DNA from: a virus
Reading direction: 5' to 3' (one strand)
UHGV virus genome: UHGV-0212837
DNA length: 39,035 bases
Both the position numbers and the translations under genes were made by a program. This document shows positions 31,986 to 38,887 of the stretch, piece after piece; position 1 is the stretch's first letter, and each line of letters begins with the position of its first letter. A model generated the notes under the pieces. The model searched no databases and was not told the origin of the DNA. It saw only the letters and a program-made list of their open reading frames with translations.

Positions 31986-32191
31986 TTGTTAACCCTCAAA
32001 ACTTTATGCCCGGGCGCAAAAGCACGCGTTTTGTCTTTGCTTATTCGCCAGCCATCATTACGTGCCTCTTTTGCACAGCCAGCCCATGACGTACCGATAT
32101 ACTCACCGAAGTCTGGCGTTTGATATTTACCATTTGTACACTGGCGACAATCACAGTAGAGATGCATGGTGTAACTTGCGGCAATAGCCAT
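31982..32191 (-). CDS. Cys-rich small protein (69 aa)
   Basis: YCDCRQC...GC motif; track ORF N-terminal extension conflicts with the upstream gene. Confidence 0.4.
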   Translation of the reverse strand: MAIAASYTMHLYCDCRQCTNGKYQTPDFGEYIGTSWAGCAKEARNDGWRISKDKTRAFAPGHKVLRVNK

Positions 32192-32192
32192 A

Positions 32193-32384
32193 TCAGTCTC
32201 CTTTAGTGCGCAGGTGGTTTTTCCAGCGGTTTTGCGCCGCGCTGCGCTTATCTTTGATTCCCTCTCTGGCAATTCCAGAATATAAGTACAACACCACACG
32301 GCGATTGCTAACTCTCAACCACTGGCTGGGATAGCAACGTCTGTATACACGGGAAATAAGCATCTTTGCTTTACGGTTTTTCAT
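32193..32384 (-). CDS. Small basic protein B (63 aa, MKNRKAK...)
   Basis: ORF in track; start ATG overlaps stop of protein A (ATGA). Confidence 0.45.
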   Translation of the reverse strand: MKNRKAKMLISRVYRRCYPSQWLRVSNRRVVLYLYSGIAREGIKDKRSAAQNRWKNHLRTKGD

Positions 32385-32557
32385 CTTACTGCGTACCCTT
32401 TCTTCCGCCTGTTCTGTGACGCTGTAGGCTTACGCTTTGCGGCAAAAGCCACCTGACCAAATGGATGGAGTACCGCTATCTTATGGTTGCTAATAACCAG
32501 CTCCACCACACGCACAGGTCGCTGTAAAAAAAGTCGTTTTGCCTTACGGTTTTTCAT
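32381..32557 (-). CDS. Small basic protein A (58 aa, MKNRKAK...), not in track
   Basis: Hand translation MKNRKAKRLFLQRPVRVVELVISNHKIAVLHPFGQVAFAAKRKPTASQNRRKKGYAVR; ATGA overlaps at both ends. Confidence 0.4.
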   Translation of the reverse strand: MKNRKAKRLFLQRPVRVVELVISNHKIAVLHPFGQVAFAAKRKPTASQNRRKKGYAVR

Positions 32558-32730
32558 CGCTTTGCTCTCCTGCGTTTCTTTGCTGCTCGTCGTGCCGCTG
32601 CAATACCGGTATGGCGGCGCTTTGGTGCCGGGATGATGTTGTCAGCCATCAGGACATGCGGCTTTGTAATTAGCGCAGAAGCCCAAAAACGAGTCGGATA
32701 CGGTAACAAGCCGATACATGCCACACGCAT
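32554..32730 (-). CDS. Small basic protein C (58 aa, Arg/Lys/Ala-rich C-terminus), not in track
   Basis: Hand translation MRVACIGLLPYPTRFWASALITKPHVLMADNIIPAPKRRHTGIAAARRAAKKRRRAKR; start overlaps upstream stop. Confidence 0.4.
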   Translation of the reverse strand: MRVACIGLLPYPTRFWASALITKPHVLMADNIIPAPKRRHTGIAAARRAAKKRRRAKR

Positions 32731-33209
32731 TACTCACCCTCTTTGATGCGAATGCCAGCGTCAGACATCATATGCAGATACTCACCTGCATCCTGAACCC
32801 ATTGACCTCCAACCCCGTAATAGCGATGCGTAATGATGTCGATAGTTACTAACGGGTCTTGTTCGATTAACTTCCGCAGAAACTCTTCCAGGTCACCAGT
32901 GCAGTGCTTGATGACAGGAGTTTTCCCAGGATGGCGAACAACAAGAAACTGATTTCCGACTTCACGGACTTCGTTGCTTTCCAGTTCTGCTATGCGCTTC
33001 TCTGCGGCAGTAATGATGCCCTCTAGGCGTCGATTTCTACTTTCGAGTGTTTTGACTTGCTCTTTATCGGCTTCCAGCGTCTCTACCAGCACAATCACTG
33101 CCTCTGGCGTTGCTAAATCCTGCCAGTTGTCTGATGTGTCGCAGACAGAGCGCAGCATAATTTCTTCTGCTGCCGCCGCACGTAGTGCCTGATAATCAAT
33201 TTCGCTCAC
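32730..33209 (-). CDS. Hypothetical coiled-coil protein (159 aa, GTG start)
   Basis: GTG at 33209 with AAGGAGG SD 6 nt upstream and GTGA overlap with upstream stop; track ORF is a longer N-terminal extension. Confidence 0.5.
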   Translation of the reverse strand: MSEIDYQALRAAAAEEIMLRSVCDTSDNWQDLATPEAVIVLVETLEADKEQVKTLESRNRRLEGIITAAEKRIAELESNEVREVGNQFLVVRHPGKTPVIKHCTGDLEEFLRKLIEQDPLVTIDIITHRYYGVGGQWVQDAGEYLHMMSDAGIRIKEGE

Positions 33210-33658
33210 TGGCTGCCTCCTTTGCGAAGTTGGGCGGCGCGATTGTTTGCCTGCTGGAGAACCATCTTCCAACCAACAACGCAATGCATATCAGATGAAC
33301 ACTGCTGATTGGAGAACTTGACCAACATTGTTTCAGCCAAGCCAGCCAAGCTATCAAGTTCGCTGGCCCGCACTTCAGCCAGGAAGGCGTCGGTGGCCGG
33401 GGTTTTGCAGGACATTTGAATTGCCTTCTCTGTGTATAAAACACCCGTTCGATTGGCGGTATACATGATGGTGTTTACAGCATCTTGATGTGCTGATTTC
33501 ACAGCCTCAACTTCAGCAGCCAGCGCCGCGCACTTGGCCTCCGCTTCAGCAAATTTACGCACCAGATATTCAGCGTTTGTTTCGTTAACCTTTAAATCTC
33601 GTGGTATGCATTTACCTTTCAGAAATCCATCCATCTCAATTAGTGACATTAGTTTCAT
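33206..33658 (-). CDS. Hypothetical protein (150 aa)
   Basis: ATG 33658 overlapping upstream stop (ATGA). Confidence 0.45.
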   Translation of the reverse strand: MKLMSLIEMDGFLKGKCIPRDLKVNETNAEYLVRKFAEAEAKCAALAAEVEAVKSAHQDAVNTIMYTANRTGVLYTEKAIQMSCKTPATDAFLAEVRASELDSLAGLAETMLVKFSNQQCSSDMHCVVGWKMVLQQANNRAAQLRKGGSQ

Positions 33659-33837
33659 TTCTTCCCACTCCGCCACATCGCATTCAGATATTTGTTGTCA
33701 TTAACAGAACCTAAACTATTTCTCTTAAGCAATTCCTCTCTCGATGGCATTGGCTTTACGCGTTGGCGAATAATCATTTCTGCCGGAAGAATGCCGGGAT
33801 TGTATGCAAGTCCTCTCATTGTAAATTCCTCAGTCAT
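33655..33837 (-). CDS. Hypothetical small protein (60 aa)
   Basis: Internal ATG 33837; start uncertain. Confidence 0.35.
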   Translation of the reverse strand: MTEEFTMRGLAYNPGILPAEMIIRQRVKPMPSREELLKRNSLGSVNDNKYLNAMWRSGKK

Positions 33838-34123
33838 TACTGATAGCGCCATAGCGTGAGCGGTAATTACGCAGGCGCGGGTCAATTTCAGGGAAGTGGG
33901 TATATGTGGCTTTGCGGAATGGTCGGATTGATGTCTGGTAAATTCGATCGCGTTCTTCTTTCTCTGCAAGCCATATACAGTGGCGAAATTCCTTTTCCTC
34001 TTTCGTTTCCTGCGGTAGCGACATTATTCGATCGTAGTTTTTTCTGAATTTATCCAGCACCTCCGATACGGAATTGCCGGAACAGCGGCGCGCGTCGTCC
34101 GCACCATACAGAGGCGCTGGCAT
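33830..34123 (-). CDS. Hypothetical protein (97 aa)
   Basis: ATG with AAGGAT SD; follows ssb. Confidence 0.4.
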   Translation of the reverse strand: MPAPLYGADDARRCSGNSVSEVLDKFRKNYDRIMSLPQETKEEKEFRHCIWLAEKEERDRIYQTSIRPFRKATYTHFPEIDPRLRNYRSRYGAISND

Positions 34124-34146
34124 AATGGAATCCTTATGTTGCTACT

Positions 34147-34530
34147 TTAGAAGGGAATTGAATCGTCGTATTCAGGATGATTTTGATGATTGCTACTTTG
34201 CTGCTGTTGGCTGTTTCCTGAAGTTGCAAATCCAATCTTTGCATTCAGTAATTCAAGAGTGATTGATTGACCATTTTGCCCCTGATAAACATCAACCCTG
34301 ATGTTTTCTCCGGTAATTTCTACAATGCCACCTTCAACAAGAACACTACGGTAGTAATCCGCTTGCGCTCCCGGCTTGGCAAATACAACGGCGCTGTAGT
34401 TTGTCCATTCTTTCTTTTTTGTCTGGCGATCGTAATACTGAACGCCAGCACGGATGTTGAATCCGATATTTTCCCCGGCCTGAAACTCTCTTGCGGGCTT
34501 GTTTAGTCTTACAGTAATCGAATGTGCCAT
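34147..34530 (-). CDS. ssb: Single-stranded DNA-binding protein
   Basis: 127 aa from internal ATG 34530; acidic C-terminal tail ...DDSIPF; TAATG overlap with erf. Confidence 0.75.
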   Translation of the reverse strand: MAHSITVRLNKPAREFQAGENIGFNIRAGVQYYDRQTKKKEWTNYSAVVFAKPGAQADYYRSVLVEGGIVEITGENIRVDVYQGQNGQSITLELLNAKIGFATSGNSQQQQSSNHQNHPEYDDSIPF

Positions 34531-35135
34531 TAAGCAGCAGCTCCTTCTAATTCGTCTCGTCTGATGTTGTAAACGTCCTGCGCTTTGTGCTGCTCCGGTG
34601 TGCCTTCGAGCATCTTCCACGCTTTGGCGAACGCCTGTTTAAGCTCTTCCACGGTGTTTTTCTGCAATGCTGCGTCAGTGAATGCTTTTAGAACCTGTTC
34701 AGGTGTAGGTGATGGTTTTGATTGCTTTGCTGCTGCGTTCTGCTGATGTTTATGCTCGTCGGTATCTGCATCTTTCGCATCATCAATGCCGAACAAACCA
34801 TTGAGGCAATACTTGCGTGCATAAGAGCTTGTAGCTCCCGTAACTTGTGCAGAATCCATTCCTTTCTTGCTTTCTTCCTCTCGTGCAAGAGCGGTTGCTG
34901 TATGACTGTTTTCGCCATCAGTAATAGTTGCCGTTGCTTTCACGTAATACCGATCACCAATCAACACAACTTCATCGCTGATTGATAAAAACAGACCATT
35001 CAGTAACGGCTTAACGCCTTCAAGAATATCTTCGCAGCTTCTGTATTTATATTTGCCGAATGAGTTGTACTGATTCTTTGGCGCGTTCAGATTCTCCTGA
35101 ATAGCTGCCAGTCTTGCGTAAAATTCTTTGCTCAT
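34530..35135 (-). CDS. erf: Erf single-strand annealing recombinase (P22 Erf-like)
   Basis: MSKEFYARLAAIQENLNAPKNQYNSFGKYKYRSCEDILEG matches recalled Erf N-terminus; track start is an upstream TTG. Confidence 0.8.
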   Translation of the reverse strand: MSKEFYARLAAIQENLNAPKNQYNSFGKYKYRSCEDILEGVKPLLNGLFLSISDEVVLIGDRYYVKATATITDGENSHTATALAREEESKKGMDSAQVTGATSSYARKYCLNGLFGIDDAKDADTDEHKHQQNAAAKQSKPSPTPEQVLKAFTDAALQKNTVEELKQAFAKAWKMLEGTPEQHKAQDVYNIRRDELEGAAA

Positions 35136-35391
35136 ATGATTGTTCTCAGAATGGACACGGCCCAAGGAAATAACGCTGATTTAATACTTCGACTCGGGAC
35201 AAATTAAGGCATACCCGCATTCCTTCGCGGTCGCCATTATGGCGATACCAGAGAGCTTTCTGCGTGTACATGCGTCTCTGTAACTTGCTCTCCTTCACTG
35301 TGGTTGCAAGTGACATGAATATCTCCTTCGTTACCGATTAATTCTTTCATCTGACGAATGAATTCTTCGTCTGACCAGTTATCTGTAAAAC

Positions 35392-35544
35392 TCATTTCCT
35401 GCGATACCACGGCAGGTTGATAGCTGATTTCATCGCTTTATTTGCTTCAAGCCACATTTTGGAATCACCAATAAATCGGGCTATTACTGCTTTGTTTTGT
35501 GCTGCACGAAGCATCTGGTGATTGATGGCTATTTCATTGCGCAT
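35392..35544 (-). CDS. kil: Kil-like small protein (50 aa), not in track
   Basis: Hand translation MRNEIAINHQMLRAAQNKAVIARFIGDSKMWLEANKAMKSAINLPWYRRK; GGAGG SD; FIGD(S/E)KM motif recalled from lambda Kil. Confidence 0.45.
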   Translation of the reverse strand: MRNEIAINHQMLRAAQNKAVIARFIGDSKMWLEANKAMKSAINLPWYRRK

Positions 35545-35663
35545 AACGCCTCCAGTTGTTTCTTTGCTGCTCTGATTAATTGTTTAACTCGGCGTGATAA
35601 TTCAGATTCGTGCGGGTAGAAAGCGGACATGACGCCGCTACCCGCGAGCTGAAAGTGCATCAT
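35529..35663 (-). CDS. cIII: CIII-like FtsH inhibitor (44 aa)
   Basis: MMHFQLAGSGVMSAFYPHESELSRRVKQLIRAAKKQLEALCAMK resembles the lambda/P22 cIII core; AAGGAG SD. Confidence 0.65.
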   Translation of the reverse strand: MMHFQLAGSGVMSAFYPHESELSRRVKQLIRAAKKQLEALCAMK

Positions 35664-35738
35664 GGGTAACTCCTTATATTTGATTGCATAACGAAAACGC
35701 CTCAAGTGAAGCGTTATTGGTATGCGGTAAAGCCGCAC

Positions 35739-36107
35739 TCAGGCGGCTTTGATAGTCATATCATCTGAATCAAATATTCCTGATGTATCGATATCGGTAA
35801 TTCTTATTCCTTCGCTACCATCCATTGGAGGCCATCCTTCCTGACCATTTCCATCATTCCAGTCGAACTCACACACAACACCACATGCATTTAAGTCGCT
35901 TGAAATTGCTATAAGCAGAGCATGTTGCGCCAGCATGATTAATACAGCATTTAATACAGAGCCGTGTTTATTGAGTCGGTATTCAGAGTCTGACCAGAAA
36001 TTATTAATCTGATGAAGTTTTTCCTCTGTCATTACGTCATGGTCGATTTCAATTTCTATTGATGCTTTCCAGTCGTAATCAATGATGTATTTTTTGATGT
36101 TTGACAT
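35739..36107 (-). CDS. Hypothetical protein (122 aa)
   Basis: ATG with GAGGAT SD immediately downstream of a terminator hairpin. Confidence 0.5.
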   Translation of the reverse strand: MSNIKKYIIDYDWKASIEIEIDHDVMTEEKLHQINNFWSDSEYRLNKHGSVLNAVLIMLAQHALLIAISSDLNACGVVCEFDWNDGNGQEGWPPMDGSEGIRITDIDTSGIFDSDDMTIKAA

Positions 36108-36125
36108 CTATTCATATCCTCATAG

Positions 36126-36155
36126 ATAAAAAATTGCCCTCACATCGGAGGGCAA
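36126..36155 (-). terminator. Terminator-like hairpin (TTGCCCTC-loop-GAGGGCAA plus U-run)
   Basis: 8-bp stem, U-run on minus strand. Confidence 0.45.
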
Positions 36156-36270
36156 AGAAGATTTCCAATAATCAGAACAAGTCGGCTCCTGTTTAGTTAC
36201 GAGCGACATTGCTCCGTGTATTCACTCGTTGGAATGAATACACAGTGCAGTGTTTATTCTGTTGTTTATG

Positions 36271-36298
36271 CTAAAAATAAAGGCCGAATATTCGGCCT
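36271..36298 (-). terminator. Terminator-like hairpin (AGGCCGAA-TA-TTCGGCCT plus U-rich tail), tL1-like position
   Basis: Perfect palindrome 5 nt after the stop of the 36303-36752 gene, followed by TTTATTTTT on minus strand. Confidence 0.5.
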
Positions 36299-36302
36299 GA
36301 AA

Positions 36303-36752
36303 TTACTTAACCAATGACGCTGCATATTCAATTAGGAATAACTTAGGTGCCAGCCAAATTTTTAACCATGTCATATTGGCTACTACAGAAATAATAAAAC
36401 TGAACCATAGAATAAAAACTGCTACTAATGGTAAGACAAAACCACTTAACCTACCGTCACTTTCCCAAAGCATAGTTGGTTTGTATTTAGGCTGTCCATT
36501 ATCGCATGAGCGTCCTTCATTATCGAACTTACCAATTTCAACTTTTTTGCACTGTTTCTTCATAAACCAAATAACCAGCGGAATTGTTGAAATGGCTATT
36601 AATGTTTTAATCAGGCTATCAACCATATTCCATACCAGCAACTGATGAACAACATCCGGAATCTGTGCCTGGCTAAATGAAACAGCCGCGTCTATTCCAT
36701 TGCTGGCTTTTTGCAGTAGTTCTACGAGAATCTTGTTTGCTTGTTCTTCCAT
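36303..36752 (-). CDS. Membrane protein (149 aa, predicted TM segments); candidate superinfection-exclusion protein
   Basis: GAGGTG SD; hydrophobic helices; position immediately downstream of N. Confidence 0.55.
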   Translation of the reverse strand: MEEQANKILVELLQKASNGIDAAVSFSQAQIPDVVHQLLVWNMVDSLIKTLIAISTIPLVIWFMKKQCKKVEIGKFDNEGRSCDNGQPKYKPTMLWESDGRLSGFVLPLVAVFILWFSFIISVVANMTWLKIWLAPKLFLIEYAASLVK

Positions 36753-36760
36753 ATATCACC

Positions 36761-37087
36761 TCAAATAAGTGGTTTGCTGCCTAATTTCATTTTCTGGCGA
36801 CCAACACAAGTCACACCCATTTCACTGCGTGGCTTGCTGTACCATGTGCGCTGATTCTTGCGCTCAATACGCTGCAGGTTGCTTTCAATCTGTTCGTGGT
36901 ATTCAGCCAGCACCGTAAGGTCTATCGGATTCAGTGCGCTTTCTACTCGTGATTTCGGTTTGCGATTCAGCGAGAGAATAGGGCGGTTAACTGGTTTTGC
37001 GCTTACCCCAACCAACAGGGGATTTGCTGCTTTCCATTTAGCCTGTTTCTCTGAGCGACGTTCGCGGCGGCGTGTTTGTGCATCCAT
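36761..37087 (-). CDS. N: Antiterminator N
   Basis: 108 aa from internal ATG 37087, near-identical to recalled lambda N (MDAQTRRRERR...); AGGAGA SD. Confidence 0.9.
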   Translation of the reverse strand: MDAQTRRRERRSEKQAKWKAANPLLVGVSAKPVNRPILSLNRKPKSRVESALNPIDLTVLAEYHEQIESNLQRIERKNQRTWYSKPRSEMGVTCVGRQKMKLGSKPLI

Positions 37088-37244
37088 CTGGATTCTCCTG
37101 TCAGTTAGCTTTGGTTGTGTGTGGGAGTCGTAGTCCTGAACGAAAACACCCCGCAATGGCACATTGGCAGCTAATCCGGATTCGCACTTCCGGCCAATGC
37201 TTCGTTTCGTATCACACACACCAAAGCCTTCTGCTTTGAATGCT

Positions 37245-37275
37245 GCCCTTCTTCAGGGCTTAATTTTTAAGAGCA
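37245..37275 (-). promoter_or_regulatory. nutL (boxB GCCCUGAAGAAGGGC at 37245-37259; boxA-like UGCUCUUA at 37268-37275)
   Basis: boxB read on the minus strand matches the recalled lambda nutL boxB; boxA upstream at the expected spacing. Confidence 0.7.
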
Positions 37276-37314
37276 TCACCTTCATGGTGGTCAGTGCGTC
37301 CTGCTGATGGCTAA

Positions 37315-37343
37315 ATAGTACGATTTGTACTTTATCGAGTCAA
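37315..37343 (-). promoter_or_regulatory. pL promoter (-35 TTGACT 37338-37343, -10 TACTAT 37315-37320) overlapping an operator palindrome
   Basis: Hexamers with 17-bp spacer on minus strand; AGTACGATTTGTACT palindrome 37317-37331. Confidence 0.6.
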
Positions 37344-37404
37344 TACAAAATGTTCTAAATATAATTAGTTTTTTATAACGCTTTGTATTTAATGGGTTTA
37401 TATT

Positions 37405-37438
37405 TTGGAAAAAGAAAACCCGACGCTAAGGTCGGGTT
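37405..37438 (-). terminator. Terminator immediately downstream of cI
   Basis: CCCGAC-loop-GTCGGG hairpin with U-rich tract; no rex-like genes between cI and pL. Confidence 0.5.
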
Positions 37439-37468
37439 ATTGTTGTGTGTTTTAGAGTGGTGAGGCTG

Positions 37469-38164
37469 TTAACTAAATGTCTCTTCAGGCCACTGGCTGG
37501 CGATAACTTTCCCTACTACGGAACAGCTATCATTGCATGGAATCATTGGATATTGCGGGTTTAGTGGCTGGAGGAACACCTGACCGCTATCCCTGATCAG
37601 TTTCTTAAAGGTAAACTCGTCACCACCAAGTCTAGCTATGCAGAAATCACCTGGCTCAACAGCCTGATCAGGGTCAACGAGAATTAACATCCCGTCAGGA
37701 AAGCTTGGCTTGGATCCTGTTGGCGCGGTCATGGAATTACCTTCAACTTCAAGCCAAAACGCACAATCACTGGCTTTTTTGGTTGTGCTGACCCATCTCT
37801 CCGCATCACCTTTGGTAAAGGTTCTAAGCTCAGGCGAGAACATCCCGGCCTGAACATGAGAAAAAACAGGGTACTCATATTGTTTTTTAACGGGGGCAGA
37901 TGAGTATTCGCCAACAGGTGAAAATGTACCGTCGTGGTTGAATGAGACGTTATCAATACCAAGGTATTTAAACACCACACCAATCTCGTCAAGAGATGGA
38001 TGACGAGATCCGCGCAACCAGTGACCAATTCCACCCTGCGTCATACCAAGCTCTTCAGCTAACTTCTCTTGAGTTATGCCGAGCTCTTTCATTCTGGATC
38101 TAGCCAGTTCATACCATTTCATTTTCATACCCTTATTATTACGCTCTGTACTAAAACCATCCAT
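37469..38164 (-). CDS. cI: CI-type repressor (S24 peptidase domain near-identical to lambda cI; heterologous HTH domain)
   Basis: C-terminal ~130 aa match recalled lambda cI including the Ala-Gly cleavage context; first ATG at 38164, track begins at an upstream TTG (38170). Confidence 0.85.
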   Translation of the reverse strand: MDGFSTERNNKGMKMKWYELARSRMKELGITQEKLAEELGMTQGGIGHWLRGSRHPSLDEIGVVFKYLGIDNVSFNHDGTFSPVGEYSSAPVKKQYEYPVFSHVQAGMFSPELRTFTKGDAERWVSTTKKASDCAFWLEVEGNSMTAPTGSKPSFPDGMLILVDPDQAVEPGDFCIARLGGDEFTFKKLIRDSGQVFLQPLNPQYPMIPCNDSCSVVGKVIASQWPEETFS

Positions 38165-38184
38165 GCACAAGATGTATTTTTTGT

Positions 38185-38213
38185 TTGCATTCTAAAAGTA
38201 CATATCGTATTAT
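38185..38213 (+). promoter_or_regulatory. pR promoter (-35 TTGCAT, -10 TATTAT) overlapping an OR operator copy at 38197-38211
   Basis: Hexamers with 17-bp spacer; operator related to the OL palindrome (2 mismatches in 15). Confidence 0.5.
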
Positions 38214-38239
38214 TGTTTCATGGTTACTATGGAGGGCAT

Positions 38240-38455
38240 ATGAGCAACCTACGAAAATATCGAGAGTCACTGAATATCTCTCAAACAACACTTGCTAAGG
38301 CAGTTGGATGCACACAGGGAGCTATCGGACATTGGGAATCTGGTCGTCGCTTCCCAGACCTTAAAACATGCCGTGCTCTTGTTGAGTGCCTAAACAAGTT
38401 AGGCGCAAAAGTCAGTCTTGATGACGTGTTCCCGCCGGAACACAAAGCCGCTTAA
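38240..38455 (+). CDS. cro: Cro-like repressor (71 aa HTH)
   Basis: ATG 38240 with GGAGGG SD; HTH ISQTTLAKAVGCTQGAIGHWESG; divergent from cI across OR. Confidence 0.7.
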   Translation: MSNLRKYRESLNISQTTLAKAVGCTQGAIGHWESGRRFPDLKTCRALVECLNKLGAKVSLDDVFPPEHKAA

Positions 38456-38463
38456 GACATTCC

Positions 38464-38495
38464 CGCTCTTACACATCCCAGCCCTGAAAAAGGGC
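38464..38495 (+). promoter_or_regulatory. nutR (boxA CGCTCTTA 38464-38471; boxB GCCCTGAAAAAGGGC 38481-38495)
   Basis: Matches recalled lambda nutR elements, between cro and cII. Confidence 0.7.
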
Positions 38496-38574
38496 ATCAA
38501 ATTAAACCACACCTATGGTGTATGCATTTATTTGCATACATTCAATCAATTGTTAGCTAAGGAAATACTTACAT

Positions 38575-38853
38575 ATGCAACTTACAAGTACTCGCAAGAA
38601 AGCGAATGCAATTACAAGCAACATCCTGAATCGAATTGCTGTACGTGGTCAGCGAAAGGTTGCCGACGCGTTAGGGGTTAATGAATCGCAAATTTCGCGA
38701 TGGAAAGACAGCTTCATCCCCAAAATGGGAATGCTTCTGGCTGTTCTTGAATGGGGTGTTGAAGACGAGGAGTTGGCGGAACTGGCTAAGCAAGTAGCCA
38801 GAATGCTGACAAAAGAAAAAGCCCCGAAGAACGGCGAATTCTTCGAGGCCTAA
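38575..38853 (+). CDS. cII: CII transcriptional activator
   Basis: 92 aa; ...ESQISRWK...IPKMGMLLAVLEWGVEDEE... closely resembles lambda CII. Confidence 0.85.
   Translation: MQLTSTRKKANAITSNILNRIAVRGQRKVADALGVNESQISRWKDSFIPKMGMLLAVLEWGVEDEELAELAKQVARMLTKEKAPKNGEFFEA
38608..38621 (-). promoter_or_regulatory. CII-binding site TTGC-N6-TTGC (pRE -35 region) inside the cII N-terminal coding sequence
   Basis: GCAATTACAAGCAA on plus strand equals TTGCTTGTAATTGC on minus; position as in lambda pRE. Confidence 0.45.
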
Positions 38854-38887
38854 TGTAGAAAGACTGGATCAATCCACGGGAGTAATT

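Noticed and set aside
32193-32299. Longer 105-aa version of the Cys-rich gene (31982-32299)
   Set aside because: The extension overlaps small basic protein B on the same strand in another frame; the internal ATG at 32191 fits the operon spacing.
38069-38239. N-terminal extension of cro to 128 aa
   Set aside because: Would run through the pR/OR operator region; the ATG at 38240 has a GGAGGG SD and gives a typical 71-aa Cro.
38418-38681. 87-aa plus-strand ORF spanning nutR and the cII start
   Set aside because: Overlaps nutR and the cII coding sequence out of frame.
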